From positions 59,396,001 to 59,460,000 of the forward strand of contig OZ024746.1 in the NCBI GenBank assembly GCA_964016885.1: a stretch of DNA of 64,000 nucleotides, read 5' to 3'. This document shows, piece after piece, positions 14,467 to 28,669 of this stretch; position 1 is the first letter of the stretch, and each line of letters starts with the position of its first letter. Source of the DNA: Eledone cirrhosa (lineage: Eukaryota). A program made the position numbers and the translations under genes. Below the pieces are notes generated by a model. That model was not told where the DNA came from. It worked only from the letters and a program-made list of their open reading frames with translations, and did not search any database.

Positions 14467-14903
14467 CAACAATATATACACATGGCAAGCTGTTAAAACC
14501 GAAGCTCGACAAGGCCGAAATGTTTTTATTGCCATCTGTTTTCCGATTACAACTAAACGAAACAACATTTAAGTAGAATCTATGTCTGACATTCGATTTC
14601 TTTCGAATATTGAACTGCCTCCACCTACAGCTACACATCACATACGTACACACACACACACACACATAAATACGAATGTATGTAAATATATATGTGTGTG
14701 TGTGTGTGTGTATGTGTGTACATGAGTGTATATATCTGTATATATATATTATATATATGTGTGTGTGCGTGTGTGTGTACGTGAGTGTATATATCTGTAT
14801 ATATATATATATATGTGTGTGTGTGTACGTGGGTGAGTGTGTATATCTATATATAAATATATATATATATGTGTGTGTGTGTACGTGAGTGAATGTGGAT
14901 ATC

Positions 14904-14934
<31 letters not shown>

Positions 14935-15250
14935 ATGCGTATGTGAGTGAGTGTGTATATCTATATATATATATGTGTGTGTGTGTGTGTACGTGAGTGA
15001 ATGTGGATATCTATATATATATATATTTGTGTGTGTGTGTGTATGCGTATGTGAGTGAGTGTGTATATCTATATATATATATGTGTGTGTGTGTATGTGA
15101 GTGAGTGTGTATATCAATATATATATATGTGTGTATGTGTGTGTGTGTATGTGTGTGTATACCTGCTTACATATATCTATGTATATATATAATATAATAA
15201 CGCATACTTTTTTATATATATATACCGCTTCGCGTACATGATATCGTACC

Positions 15251-15290
<40 letters not shown>

Positions 15291-15865
15291 GTGTGGGGGC
15301 GTGTGTGTGTAGCTGCATGTGTAGATGTGTGTATGTGTGTGTATGTGTGCGTGTGTGTGTGGGGGTATTTGTGTATGGATGTGTGGGTGTATCTGTATGT
15401 CTGGATGTATGTGTGTATGTGTGGATGTGTGTGTGTGGATGTATGTGTGTGTGTGTGTGTTTGTGTGTGGATCTGTAGGTGAGCCCGAGAAACCCAGAAA
15501 CCAGAAACATTATTAGATACTATATCACTATATCAGATGCATTTATCGTGTTACTAACCGTGCAACCACTTAAAGCAAAGCTAGCTATTGTAAATGTGTC
15601 GCAGAGTAAAAAAAAAAATGTCTGTCTGTCTGTCCCAATTGAGAACCCATACTGAAAGCTATAAAACTTATATAGCTTGTCTAAGCTACATTGATTCTAG
15701 ACATGGTCGCCATCGCTTTCGTCTGCTCCCTTCCATTTATGGGTTGCAATCAAATAGTTTGCCAATATACACTCTGCTAAAACGATTACCGTTTTTCTAC
15801 CCAACCTTTTGTACAATGACATTTATTTCTTCCATTATATAAACGTTAACAACTATATACATATA

Positions 15866-15966
<101 letters not shown>

Positions 15967-16040
15967 GTGTATATATATATATATATGTGTGTATGTGTGT
16001 GTGTGTATTTATATATAAATGGATGTGTATATTTATGCAT

Positions 16041-16112
<72 letters not shown>

Positions 16113-16424
16113 TGCGGTTTTATTCGCAGAGGTTTGTTTTAGTGGCAATTACGAACTAATTGGGCGCGAATATATTTTCCTATAACCTCGCTCAATTATC
16201 AGCACCAACACACACAAATGCTGAAATTAAAAAGGCCAATGGCTAACTTCTATATGGCGGCCATGTAACTATGTCACTACCTAACGACCTACTCTTTATA
16301 CTTACAATTAAACTACGCTTTTTCACATATAATCTTTACCTATTCTGCCTCACTTCCTCGATTTTTTCCGTATCTGTTTGTTTGTTTGTGTGTGTGGTTA
16401 TGTGTATATATGTATGTATGTATG

Positions 16425-16489
<65 letters not shown>

Positions 16490-16510
16490 GTATATGTGTG
16501 TGTATGTGTG

Positions 16511-16606
<96 letters not shown>

Positions 16607-16750
16607 AAAGGTAAACAGAAAAAACAAAATTAACAAAACAAAGGCACAGTGCATGTAAGCAATATATTAGTTTAACTATATGTATGTATATATATATATA
16701 TATATTGCACATATATATATATACATATACACATGCATACACACTTACAC

Positions 16751-16783
<33 letters not shown>

Positions 16784-16916
16784 AAACATACATATTTATT
16801 TATTTTAAAGTAGTTGACTGTGACTTCGAATTGTCACAGAGGATGTCTTCTCATCTGAAAGCTTATATATAGATGTAGGTGCGCATATACATACACGCCT
16901 TGTCTATATATATACA

Positions 16917-17022
<106 letters not shown>

Positions 17023-17388
17023 GCACCCAAACACACATACAATAACTCACATACGAGCTCGCACTCATACACCCCACACGCACATACAAACATATATGAA
17101 AGTTTTTAGTTTGATTTTCTTTATAGTTTTCTCCCTTTAAAGCACTCTTCTCTAAATCTTTTACAGTAACAATCTATAGTCTAGATGTATCCTACATTTA
17201 TTTTGTTCGAAATAGAGTTGGTTTTACTTTTTTTCTTTTCATCTTTTCAACAAACGTCTTTACAGAGATATATAATCTTCAATAATCTACATCGCCGTCT
17301 CTCTCACTCTCTCTATCTAACTCTCTCTCTCTCTCTCTCTTTCTCCCCATCTATCTATCTCTGTATATATATATATATATTTATATAA

Positions 17389-17520
<132 letters not shown>

Positions 17521-17549
17521 ATATATATAATATATATATATATATATAT

Positions 17550-17620
<71 letters not shown>

Positions 17621-17988
17621 CTATTCAGAGAAATATGCAGATGTAGCTTAAAATTCTGTGTATTATTTCCGTAGGACTTCAAACATCGTTCGTGGTAAAA
17701 TTAGGATATATCTATAGCAGCAAACCTTAAAGTATGGTTGAATGCAGTTGAAGCTGATATATGTATATATATATAAATAGTATATGTGATTTAGTGAATT
17801 ATTGGTGGTGGTACTTTTTGTTGAATCATCAGTATGATGGGAAGATATCTATACTGGTGTCGGGTCCATAATTTCTATTGGTGACCTTGCGCCAATCCTC
17901 TGCGAAATGCACGTAACAGGTCGATACAAAATAAAAACATAGATACATGTAAACACGGGACTTCAGTTTTTCTTTATATATATATATA

Positions 17989-18057
<69 letters not shown>

Positions 18058-18763
18058 GTGTGCGTGTGTGTATGTGTATATATATATATATCAAATTGCA
18101 AAATATGAGGAAATAGTAGACAAAAATATACCTATTTTTCTTTTGTTTCAAAGTCCCGACTGCAATTTCGCCGATCCGTGTGCAACATTTTCTGCACTAT
18201 AAACATGCAGCATCGTGAGGTTGATACGGCTTATCAAGAGACCCCTCAGAAAAAACGACTGTTTCTTGACGCGTTCGTTGCAAGAGAGAAACTCTCTAGA
18301 AGTGGAGGGAGGAATTAATACTTGATACAGTGGTCACAGAAGGGTAGTAAGGTGGACAGTGAGCGAATAACGTATTTGCTAGAAAAAGCAGTTAATGAAC
18401 TCCTGGATTAACTTGACCATAGGGGAGTTTGGGACAATATAATAATGAAATAATAATGTGTGTGTGTGTGTGAGATAGAGAGAGAGTGTGTGTGTGTGTG
18501 TGTAGTATCCACCTTAACAAGTTTTGTATATATATATGTATTATATATACCATTTATGTTAGGTTTTTTACCAATAGGTTGAACTGGTGGTTCGGGTTGG
18601 TAAACAATGATGCAATAAATTAATTAAAGCACTCAACATTATGCAAATCATTCATCGTAGATGTGGTATCCCGTGGCTTGTGCAGGAAAGGAGTTAAGTA
18701 TTCATTAAAACAATAACAGAAAGCCGGACTGAAAAATTTATTTTAGAATTTTAACTCTGCGTA

Positions 18764-18844
18764 AACACTATATATATATATATTTCGATGGCCCGGCTCC
18801 ATCACCCGATTATGATGTAAAACTATACAATTTCATCAGATGTT
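18764..18844 (-). ncRNA. Hammerhead-like motif whose stem III is a (TA)n run
   Basis: Minus strand: aacat-CTGATGA-[aattg..gatggagccgggccatc]-GAAA-(TA)n-gtgtt. Stem I is aacat/gtgtt; the base of stem II is imperfect. Confidence 0.45.
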
Positions 18845-19542
18845 ATTTGTGTAACAGAATTACGTTGAGCTCAAGCATAGAATAGAAAAAAGAAGATAGA
18901 AAATAGAGGACCGATTCGGGGACGGCCTGCCAATTCGGTGTTATTTAACTTTGCCTTTCATTCTTACGGGGTCGATAAAATAAAGTACCAGTAATACACT
19001 GGGTGTTTGCTGGCCTTGTGCCAAAATTAGAAACAGTTATATATGTTCTGGCTCGTTAATTTATTAACCTGCTATAGAGCCACATTGGCATATGGTTGGA
19101 TAATACATGTGTCCCTATTCGTTTTTTGCGTGTAGGGATATATACTTTATTATTATTATTAATCTCCCCCTCGTCGAGATGAAATCTGGTCGTTTGACTG
19201 CTACTATTTTTAGTGGTAGTAGATTGATCTCCCTGCCTCTGCCTCTATCTTTGCACTCGGCACTGGACAGAATTGCTTCCACATCATTTATTCTCATCTC
19301 GGGAACAATTTTGAATAGCGCCAGTTCGTAATTTGAACTCGGGAATTTTATATTCCCCGAGTGAAAAGAACCTTCTGACGATATATATATATATATATAT
19401 GTATCTATTTTATATATATATAACTGTTTCTACTTTTGGCACAATGCCAGCAATTACCCAGTTATTCCGGGTTGAATCGGAGGTAACCACAGTAAGTAAG
19501 GTACTCAATACATAGCAGAGTATAAAAGTTTTAATATAGAAG

Positions 19543-19593
19543 AGCTTCTACAGGACTAGAACTGTTTCATTCGGGAGAAATCATCAGGGAGCT
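19543..19593 (-). ncRNA. Type-I hammerhead ribozyme motif
   Basis: agctcc-CTGATGA-tttctcccgaat-GAAA-CAG-ttctagtc-CTG-TA-gaagct. Confidence 0.75.
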
Positions 19594-20125
19594 GGCTGTC
19601 CAAGTAAGTAGTGGTATTTATATCTTTTTTTTTTCTGGTGGTAGGAGAGGTTGGGGATTGGGATGAGTGGAGGTCATTGGTTGAAGGATTTAAAGAAAAG
19701 GGAGTTCATTAAAAGCTAATTCTTTAAAGCTATAGTATTAACAAAGGCAGAAAGAATACTGTAAACAAAATCAAAATTGGAATACCAATCCTTGTTTATC
19801 ACTTCGACTAACAATGCCTGTAAGACAGGTGTCTACAGGATGGGTGGGGTTCAATGGTTTAAAGAAAAGGGAAATTCTTTAGAAGCTAATTCTGAAAGCT
19901 GGAATAAGGGTGAGAAAGGCAGAAAGGGTTCCATCAACAAATTCAAGTGGTATTCCAAATTTTATTTTGTTTACAGTATTCTTTCTGCCTTTGTTAATAT
20001 TATAGCTTTAAAGAATTAGCTTTTAATGAACTCCCTTTTCTTTAAATCCTTCAACCATCCCAATCCCCACCCTCTCCTACCACCAGAAAAAAAAGATATA
20101 AATACCATTACTTACTTGGACAGCC

Positions 20126-20176
20126 AGCTCCCCGATGATTTCTCACGAATGAAACAGTTCTAGTCCTGTAGAAGCT
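20126..20176 (+). ncRNA. Type-I hammerhead motif with a core mutation (CCGATGA)
   Basis: Mirror copy of 19543-19593 with one substitution in the CUGANGA box. Confidence 0.65.
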
Positions 20177-20190
20177 CCTCTATATTAAAA

Positions 20191-20263
<73 letters not shown>

Positions 20264-20308
20264 TTGAAGACTAAAATTCAAAGAGGGCTCGATAGGATAT
20301 AAATATAT

Positions 20309-20355
<47 letters not shown>

Positions 20356-20414
20356 ATATGTATATATATAAACATAGAGCAAACATACATACATATATAT
20401 ATATGTATATATCC

Positions 20415-20630
20415 TGTTAAGATATGCTCACCGACATCCAGAGTTGACATTGCACTCAGTGCTCCTGTCGGAGCCCCTACATGGGCACACTGGAAGAGGA
20501 AGACCAAGGTTAACGTATGTTGATGCCCTAAGGACAGACACTGGTCTGTTGGAGACGCAGGACATGGCAGCGATAATGAGGGACAGAGACCGCTGGAGAG
20601 AACTCGTCCATGGATCTCGGGAATTTTATG
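20415..20630 (+). mobile_element. 3'-terminal fragment of an RTE-like LINE
   Basis: LLSEPLHGHTGRGRPRLTYVDALRTDTGL..MAAIMRDRDRWRELV is a typical RTE ORF C-terminus (GRP..T..D, M.DR..WR). Confidence 0.7.
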
Positions 20631-20750
<120 letters not shown>

Positions 20751-20874
20751 TGTGTGTGCGTGTGTGTGCGTGTGTGTGTATACAAATACATATATATATA
20801 CATCTACATACTCATATATACATATATGTATGTGTGTGGTCGTGTGTAAAGAGAGATGATGAGCGAGATAGCGA

Positions 20875-20918
<44 letters not shown>

Positions 20919-20941
20919 GAGAGAGGAATAGAGAGAGAGAG

Positions 20942-21053
<112 letters not shown>

Positions 21054-21874
21054 GGTTTATAGCACCCGATGCAGTTCCGTGTTTCGAATATTCTGAATAA
21101 ACAATAGTATGAAGTTATAATAGCACACTATGGTATCAACTCATGCCCGAGAGTATTTGTATTAAAAGATGAGAGTGAGTGAAATTTCCATTTAACCAAT
21201 TTTTATTCTCATACTCACGTTACACATGTTTCGCAATTGCGCAGCACAAATCTTGTTGTGGTCACATAATGTCCCTCCAAACGACTCTCCTGAAGTAAAT
21301 TTTAAGCATTACGATACATTTCTAATTTTAGACAAACTTGAAACTCAACAACACTTTTGATAGGAACTGTTTATTTGTTTGTTTTGTTGTTGGTTTTGAT
21401 TTTGGTTTCTTTTGTTGTCGAGACATCATATCTCCTCGTCTTTATTGAGGCTAATATAAGCCTGAATCTAATAGATTTCAATATGCAATACGTACATTTA
21501 TATGTATATCGCTATGTCAGAGCACTAATACAAATTTTTAATTTAATCCTGGCTGGCTACCGCTCCGTATGCAAATGAATTTCATCAGCTCATAAACATA
21601 TGCTGAAATTTATAAGAGTCTAAATTACATTAGCATCAACAAAGACGGGGAGAGATGTAGTCTCTATAACCGAGAAATGAGTCGATTACTTCACTTTGTT
21701 TTTGCTGAAGCTGGGTGTGTAACGATGGTTACAACATTAAAAATTCATAGTGAAAGGGCTTCAAATGTTTTTCATAAATATCCCGTATATTATTCAATAT
21801 ACAATACGAACCTTTATTATATGTATATCGCTATGTCGGAGCACCAATACAGATTTATATATATATATATATAA

Positions 21875-21938
<64 letters not shown>

Positions 21939-21981
21939 CTTCGTGCAAGCTTCGAATTGTATATATATATATATATATATA

Positions 21982-22150
21982 TACGAGGGTCAGTTGAAAG
22001 TTTCATAAGCTGACTATGAAGGAGATACATTAATTTCAACTCTTCTTATTAATAACTACATTGTTTCTTTCCAGGGACTATGTTTAAAAATAAACCTCAT
22101 TTGGTCATTCCATGAAAGTATTTTGGTCAGCCTATGAACATTTCAGCCGT
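21982..22150. mobile_element. Tc1/mariner-type MITE remnant
   Basis: Starts TACGAGGG after a TA run. Imperfect TIRs: gttgaaagtttcataagctgac / gtcagcctatgaacatttcagc. Confidence 0.65.
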
Positions 22151-22166
22151 GTGTGTATATATATAT

Positions 22167-22256
<90 letters not shown>

Positions 22257-23532
22257 GTGCATTATATACATCTATAATGGCCAAGGAGTACGTTAGTGGG
22301 GTAGATGGTGGAGGGGTCACATCAGTGGTTTCTCAATATGAAAGAAGATATGGTGGTGGGTGGGTGGTGGTGGTGGTGGTAGTGGTGGACGGTAGTCAGT
22401 CAGATGAAATAGCGAGGAAGGAGGAGTGTGGGTAAAATGAGGAGAAGGGAGAGGAGGGCGTGAGAAGAAGGTGTAGGAAAGAGTGGGGTGGGGGAGGAGG
22501 AGAGGGCAGAAGAGAGAAACAAACAGATCGATATTGGTCTATTTGTCTGGGAGGATATTGATTTCGTTAGACCTAACAACCTAACTTAACAACAATACAT
22601 ACTAAAATAAATAGAATCTACAAATTAGGCTTTGATTGAATTACACTTCTCTACCAGTCTCTAGCATTCTCTCTCTCTCCCTTATTCATTCTCACCCTCT
22701 CTATTTTTCTCTCTCTTTCTTCCTCTCAATCTCTCACTTTCTCTCCTTCTCTCTTATCGCCACTTGCTATTGTTTCGGCTATTTTATCCTTTTCATTTTT
22801 CATATTTGTTGTTGGTATGTGTTTTTCTTCTTTTTTTTTTTTGTGTGTGTGTGTGTTTTGTTTTTTTGTCTTTTGTTTTTTTTTTCCTATAGCTAGACAG
22901 AAGTTGTTAAAGAAAGCATCGCTTCCGTTCACTGCCCTCTCTCTCTCTCTCTCTCTCTAGCTCTCTCTCTCTCTCTCTTTCTTTCTCTCTCTTTCTCTCT
23001 CTCTCTTTCTCTCTCTCTTTCTTTCTCTCTCTTTCTCTCTCTCTCGCTCTTTCTCTCTCTCTCTCTCACCCTCTCTCTCTCTTTTTCTCACGCTCTTTCT
23101 CACGAACTCTCTCTCTCTCATTCTCTCTCTCTCTCTCTCTCTTTCTCTGCCTCTCGCGCTCACTGTCTCTCTCTCACGCCCCCCCCCTCTCTGTCTCTCT
23201 CTCTCTGCCTCTCTCTCTCCTCAATCAGACTTCAAACATATGACGGGAGCCTACTTTAGTCGAGATAAGACTAACGCGATTGTTTTTACCTTTCTTCGTG
23301 CTACAAGAAGAACAACATTAAGAAGAAGAACAACATTATGAAGAAGAAGAACAAAAACCAGAAGAACAAGACAAGACTTGAGTAACTTGAAACGTAAAAA
23401 TAATTATTCTAATTATTAATTTAAAATCCTCGACCCGACCCCCCCCCCCCCCAACCATCCTTCAAACCGCACCCGATTCAGACTGATCACCACCCACCCT
23501 GTACATAGATAAATATACCCGGTATATATAGA

Positions 23533-23632
<100 letters not shown>

Positions 23633-23676
23633 GAGAGAGGCAGATAGAGATATATAGATAGATAGATAGATGGATG

Positions 23677-23761
<85 letters not shown>

Positions 23762-23904
23762 GAGGCAGATAGAGATATATAGATAGATAGATAGATGGAT
23801 GGATAGATAGATAGATAGAGAGAGAGAGAGCGAGAGAGAGAGAGAGAGTAAGGGAGAGAGCAAGAGAGAGAGAGGCAGATAGAGAAAGATATATATATAT
23901 AGAG

Positions 23905-23936
<32 letters not shown>

Positions 23937-23996
23937 AGAGATAGAGAGATAGAGAGTGAGGGAGAGAGCGAGAGAGAGAGAGGCAGATAGAGAAAG

Positions 23997-24029
<33 letters not shown>

Positions 24030-24079
24030 TATATAAAGAGAGAGAGAGATTAAATAGATAGATAGATAGTTCGATAGAG

Positions 24080-24112
<33 letters not shown>

Positions 24113-24317
24113 AAGAGATTAGAGAGATACATACATACATACATACATACATACATACATACATACATACATACATACATACATACATACATACATACAT
24201 ACACACGCACACATACACACTAACCACTATGAAAGAAATATATCGAATATACTACCAATGTGAAAATAATTATTGCCCAGGCAACGAGATCGGATACAGA
24301 GAGTAACCTGTCTGTGC

Positions 24318-24445
<128 letters not shown>

Positions 24446-24549
24446 ACGTGTGTGTGTTTTACATACATATGTGTATATTACATATTATTTATTATATATA
24501 TTATACATAATATATTTATGTACACGCACACATACATATATATACATAC

Positions 24550-24597
<48 letters not shown>

Positions 24598-24637
24598 ATA
24601 TATATATGTGTGTATAAATATATATATATACGTGTAT

Positions 24638-24668
<31 letters not shown>

Positions 24669-24807
24669 ATATATATATGTATGTGTATATTATATATATA
24701 TATTTATATATATATATATATACACACACATATATATGTATGTGTGCGTGTACATAAATATATTATGTATAATATATATAATAATATATATATATAATAT
24801 ATATATA

Positions 24808-24887
<80 letters not shown>

Positions 24888-25472
24888 CTGCGCGCGCGTG
24901 TATGTGTGTGCATTGTGCCAAGATCGATAAAGACTTACATATATACAAAACAGTGTTTCTCAGTAAACAGTATATGTACCTATATACACATTATATCGTG
25001 TTAATATACACATATACGTACATACACGTAGAAACGCATATTATATTGAGTTAATATACACATACACACACATTATACTGCTAATACACCAACACCTGAT
25101 ATATAGTGATAATATACTCACACACAAACATACACAAATACACGAACGCCTATATATACACACATTTATGTTTGGTGTATGAAAAGATTATCTGTCTGTC
25201 TCTGTGTGTGTGTGTGTGGTGTGTCTGAGTGTGTCTGTGTGAGTGTGTCTGTGTGTGTCTGTGTGCGTATGTGTGTGTGTGAATATTTTTAATGGACGCC
25301 CAATGAATAATTATGATTACATAATAATGATTATTCTCAGCTCATTTGCATAAAAATAGACTAATTTATAGAGATTTGGACAGTTGGTAATTAATTAATC
25401 CGGCAAATAACATACTTGAAAGTGAATAGAACGACGTATTTATGGCGGGGTTGGAAAGAGGGAGAAGGGGGA

Positions 25473-26230
25473 GTGGTGGTGGTGGTGGTGGTGCTTTTGG
25501 TGGTGGTGGTGGTGGTGGTGGTGGTGGTAGTAGTGGTGGTGGTGGTGATGGTGGTGGTAGTGGTAGTGGTGGTGGAGGTGGTGGTGGTGATGGTGGTGTT
25601 AGTGGTAGTGGTGGTAGTGGTAGTGGTGGTGGAGGTGGTGGTGGTGGAGGTGGTGGTGGTGATGGTGGTGTTAGTGGTAGTGGTGTTAGTAGTAGTGGTG
25701 GTGGTGGTGGTGGTGGTGGTTAGTGGTGGTGGTGGTGGTGGTGGTGGTGGTGATGATGGTGGTGGTGGTAGTGGTAGTGGTGGTGGTGATGGTGGTGGTT
25801 GTTTTGGTGGTGTTGGTGGTGGTAGTGGTAGTGGTGATGGTGGTGGTGGTTTTGGTGGTGTTGGTGGTGGTAGTAGTGGTGGTGGTGGTGATGGTGGTGG
25901 TAGTGGTAGTGGTGGTGGAGGTGGTGGTGGTGATGGTGGTGTTAGTGGTAGTGGTGTTAGTAGTAGTGGTGGTGGTGGTGGTGGTGGTGGTTAGTGGTGG
26001 TGGTGGTGGTGGTGGTGGTGGTGGTGGTGGTGGTGGTGGTGGTGGTGGTGATGGTGGTGGTAGTGGTAGTGGTGGTGGTGGTGGTGGTGGTGGTGGTGAT
26101 GGTGGTGGTAGTGGTAGTGGTGGTGGAGATGGTGGTGGTGATGGTGGTGGTTGTTTTGGTGGTGTTGGTGGTGGTAGTGGTAGTGGTGATGGTGGTGGTG
26201 GTTAGTGGTGGTGGTGGTGGTTAGTGGTGA
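25473..26230 (+). repeat. (GGT)n-based compound trinucleotide array with internal block duplication
   Basis: ggtggt/ggtagt/gatggt units; the source of the poly-V and poly-G ORFs. Confidence 0.95.
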
Positions 26231-26547
26231 TGGTGGTGGTGGTGTCGGTTGGGGTGGTTAGTCTAGTGGTGATAGTCGTGGTGGTTATTGTGGTGGCGGT
26301 AGTGGTGGTGGTTAGTGTGGTGGTGGTCACGGTAGAGGTGGTGGTGTTTGTGCTTCTGCCGTTGCTGCTGGTGATGCTGTTGTTGCTGCTGTTGCAGCTG
26401 TTGCTGCTACTACTGCTGCTACTGTTGCTACTACTGTTGCTATAGTTGCTGCTATTGCTACTGCTGGCGGTGGCGGCGACGGCGACGATTGGGGTTGGGG
26501 TGATGATTTTTTTTTTTTTTTGCTCATTTTAGTTTATTTTATTTTAA

Positions 26548-26944
26548 ATAATTGTTTCTACGTTTGGCACAAGGCCAGCAATTATCGAAGTGCATTACTG
26601 GTACTTTAATTTATCGACCCCGTAAGGATGAAAAGCAAAGTTAACCTCGGCGGGATTTGAACTCAGAATGGCAAGGGCCATAACTCTATGCGTCAACGCA
26701 TGGCGTCCGACCCTCTACCGATACTGCCAATCCAAAAATAATGATTTATTTTATGGCAGATAATTGTTTCTACTTTTGGCACAAGGCCAGCAATTATCCA
26801 GTGCATTACTGGTACTTTATTTTATCGACCCCGTAAGGATGAAAGGCAAAGTCAACCTCGGCGGGATTTGAACTCAGATCGTAAAGGGACGTAACTATGC
26901 TGGAAAGCATGGCGTCCGACTCTCCACCGATACTGCCAATCCAA
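26548..26944 (-). mobile_element. Two tandem, near full-length family-A SINEs (~26548-26733, ~26760-26944)
   Basis: Reverse complements of the family-A consensus. Both are followed by ataatgatttattttatggcagataa. Confidence 0.9.
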
Positions 26945-27549
26945 TGGCAGATAATGATTTATTTTATGGCAGATAACAAGGCAGGTGATTGAATCAACCC
27001 CAGTATTTAACTGGTTCTTATATAGCCTAGGATGTTTTTTAACGCACAAAGTAGTATTCGTAGATTTATGAATGTAGAACGTAAATTGATATCATAAGAT
27101 TCCACGCTCTTCTAATAAGTGGTAGTGTTGTTAAAGCGTCGGATTAATAGGCATTGTGTTGTCTTTTCCGTCATTCTGCACTTCAAGTTCAAATCCCAAC
27201 GCGGTCTACTTAGGATTCGATAAATAAAGCATCATTTCAGAGCGGTGAACTTGATAGAATGTCGGACGTGATGCCTTGCAGTATCTTTTTCATACCTTTA
27301 CCACTGATACCAAACTGTGACAGCCTTTGCCTTTCACTGGACTAGATCGTTGGTGGGGAGGGGAGAAACTTAATAAAAAAAACACCTTGACCAAGAAGAT
27401 GTCTTGGAAAGGAAAATTCTAGGTTCATATATATGCCCAGCTATGACAAAAGGAGACCTCAAATATAGCTTCTAAATGTACGAAGCCACCACTCCCGAAA
27501 GAGACGTTTACGAGTAGAAAAGGCTAACTCCACTAGCTCGATAAAAATA

Positions 27550-27765
27550 ATTCTTTCTACTTTAGGCACAAGGCCAACATTTGGGGTGGGGGAGTCGATT
27601 AAATCGATCCCAATACGTTACTATTACTTTATTTTATCGACCCCGTAGGGATGAAAGGCAAAGCTAAACTCGGCGAGATTTGAACTCAGAATCTGAAGAG
27701 CCGTAACTATATACCGCAAAGCATAGTGACCGACACGCTAGCGATATGGCCAATCAACCGCCCTT
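27550..27765 (-). mobile_element. Family-A SINE
   Basis: ggcacaaggcc..ttttatcgaccccgtagggatgaaaggcaaag..gatttgaactcagaa. Confidence 0.85.
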
Positions 27766-28295
27766 AGCTCCATAAACACAATGTTTTCTAATGCAGGCAT
27801 CAGGCCATATCTCGATAAAATATTTCCATCGCTTCATATGTGCAAGACCTGGAAATCATGTTCAGAGTATTTTGACTATTCTGTTTCGTTAAAATTAATC
27901 ATAACTTCCATAGGTACAAGATGACATGTCCAGGGCGCCATCTTTTGTAAACGTTGATTCTACTGCTTCGTTAAAAAATAATCATAGGTGGGATATGAAC
28001 TAACAGCATCGAGAGCCTGAACAAATACCATAAAGTATTTTAATCCAACGTTCTTAAGACTCAACCAAAAAAGACAAAAATTATCTGCAGAGAATGTTAA
28101 CATAATTGTTCGATAAAAACCAAAATTTAAAAATAACGTTGTGAAGTTTTTTAATAAAATAATATATTTAAAAAGTAGCCAACATTTCAAGTGATTTATG
28201 GAACTTATTTTAGTGGCGTTTTCCAGTCGTTTTCAAGGAGTCTGTTCAATATTGTTGTTATTTATATATTTACTTATGTTTTTACTTTATTTAGT

Positions 28296-28415
28296 GAAGG
28301 CGTGTGGCTGATTGGTTAGAGAACTGGATTCACAATCGTGAGAGGTTGCCAGTTCGATTCCTGGACCGGGCGATACGTCGTGTACTTGAACAAGACACTT
28401 GATTTCACGTTGCTA
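28296..28415 (+). mobile_element. tRNA-derived SINE family B (related copies ~13730-13880 plus, ~48300-48390 minus)
   Basis: A-box-like TGGCTGATTGGTTAGAG and B-box AGTTCGATTCC, followed by ttgaacaagacactt. Confidence 0.7.
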
Positions 28416-28669
28416 CTTCTACCTGGAATTGCGGCTGATAGATAGTATTAGCAATTCGAAAGACCAGCGGAAATATTGTTTCCTCGGTCCGATTTGACGA
28501 AAGGCGATCGAGAATTTTTTTACTTTATTTATTTATTCGCAGGCGGTGAACTTGAAGTGTCTTTATGAGATTAGATTAAATATTATACTATTTGTTTCGG
28601 CTTATTGCACTCTCCGTTCAAATCTCCGCGTGGTAAAGTCTTCTTTCATTTTCCCGGTGTTTATAAAAT

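Larger units (their letters stand above)
19461..20193. mobile_element. Fold-back PLE-end insertion: arms ~19526-19787 / ~19948-20193, with a tail at 19461-19525
   Basis: Diverged ~250-bp inverted arms, each with an HHR motif; the right end abuts (TA)n. The tail is shared with 36897-36968. Confidence 0.85.

Noticed and set aside
21210-21590. GAAACATGTGTA (minus) with a distant CTGATGA at ~21582-21588
   Set aside because: They are about 350 nt apart with no stem I pairing; at most a decayed PLE end.
25416-26527. Glycine-rich or poly-Val protein
   Set aside because: (GGT)n repeat with no splice or domain evidence.
28296-28370. tRNA gene
   Set aside because: The tRNA-like head runs into a SINE body and the cloverleaf is not intact; the same holds for the family-A heads.
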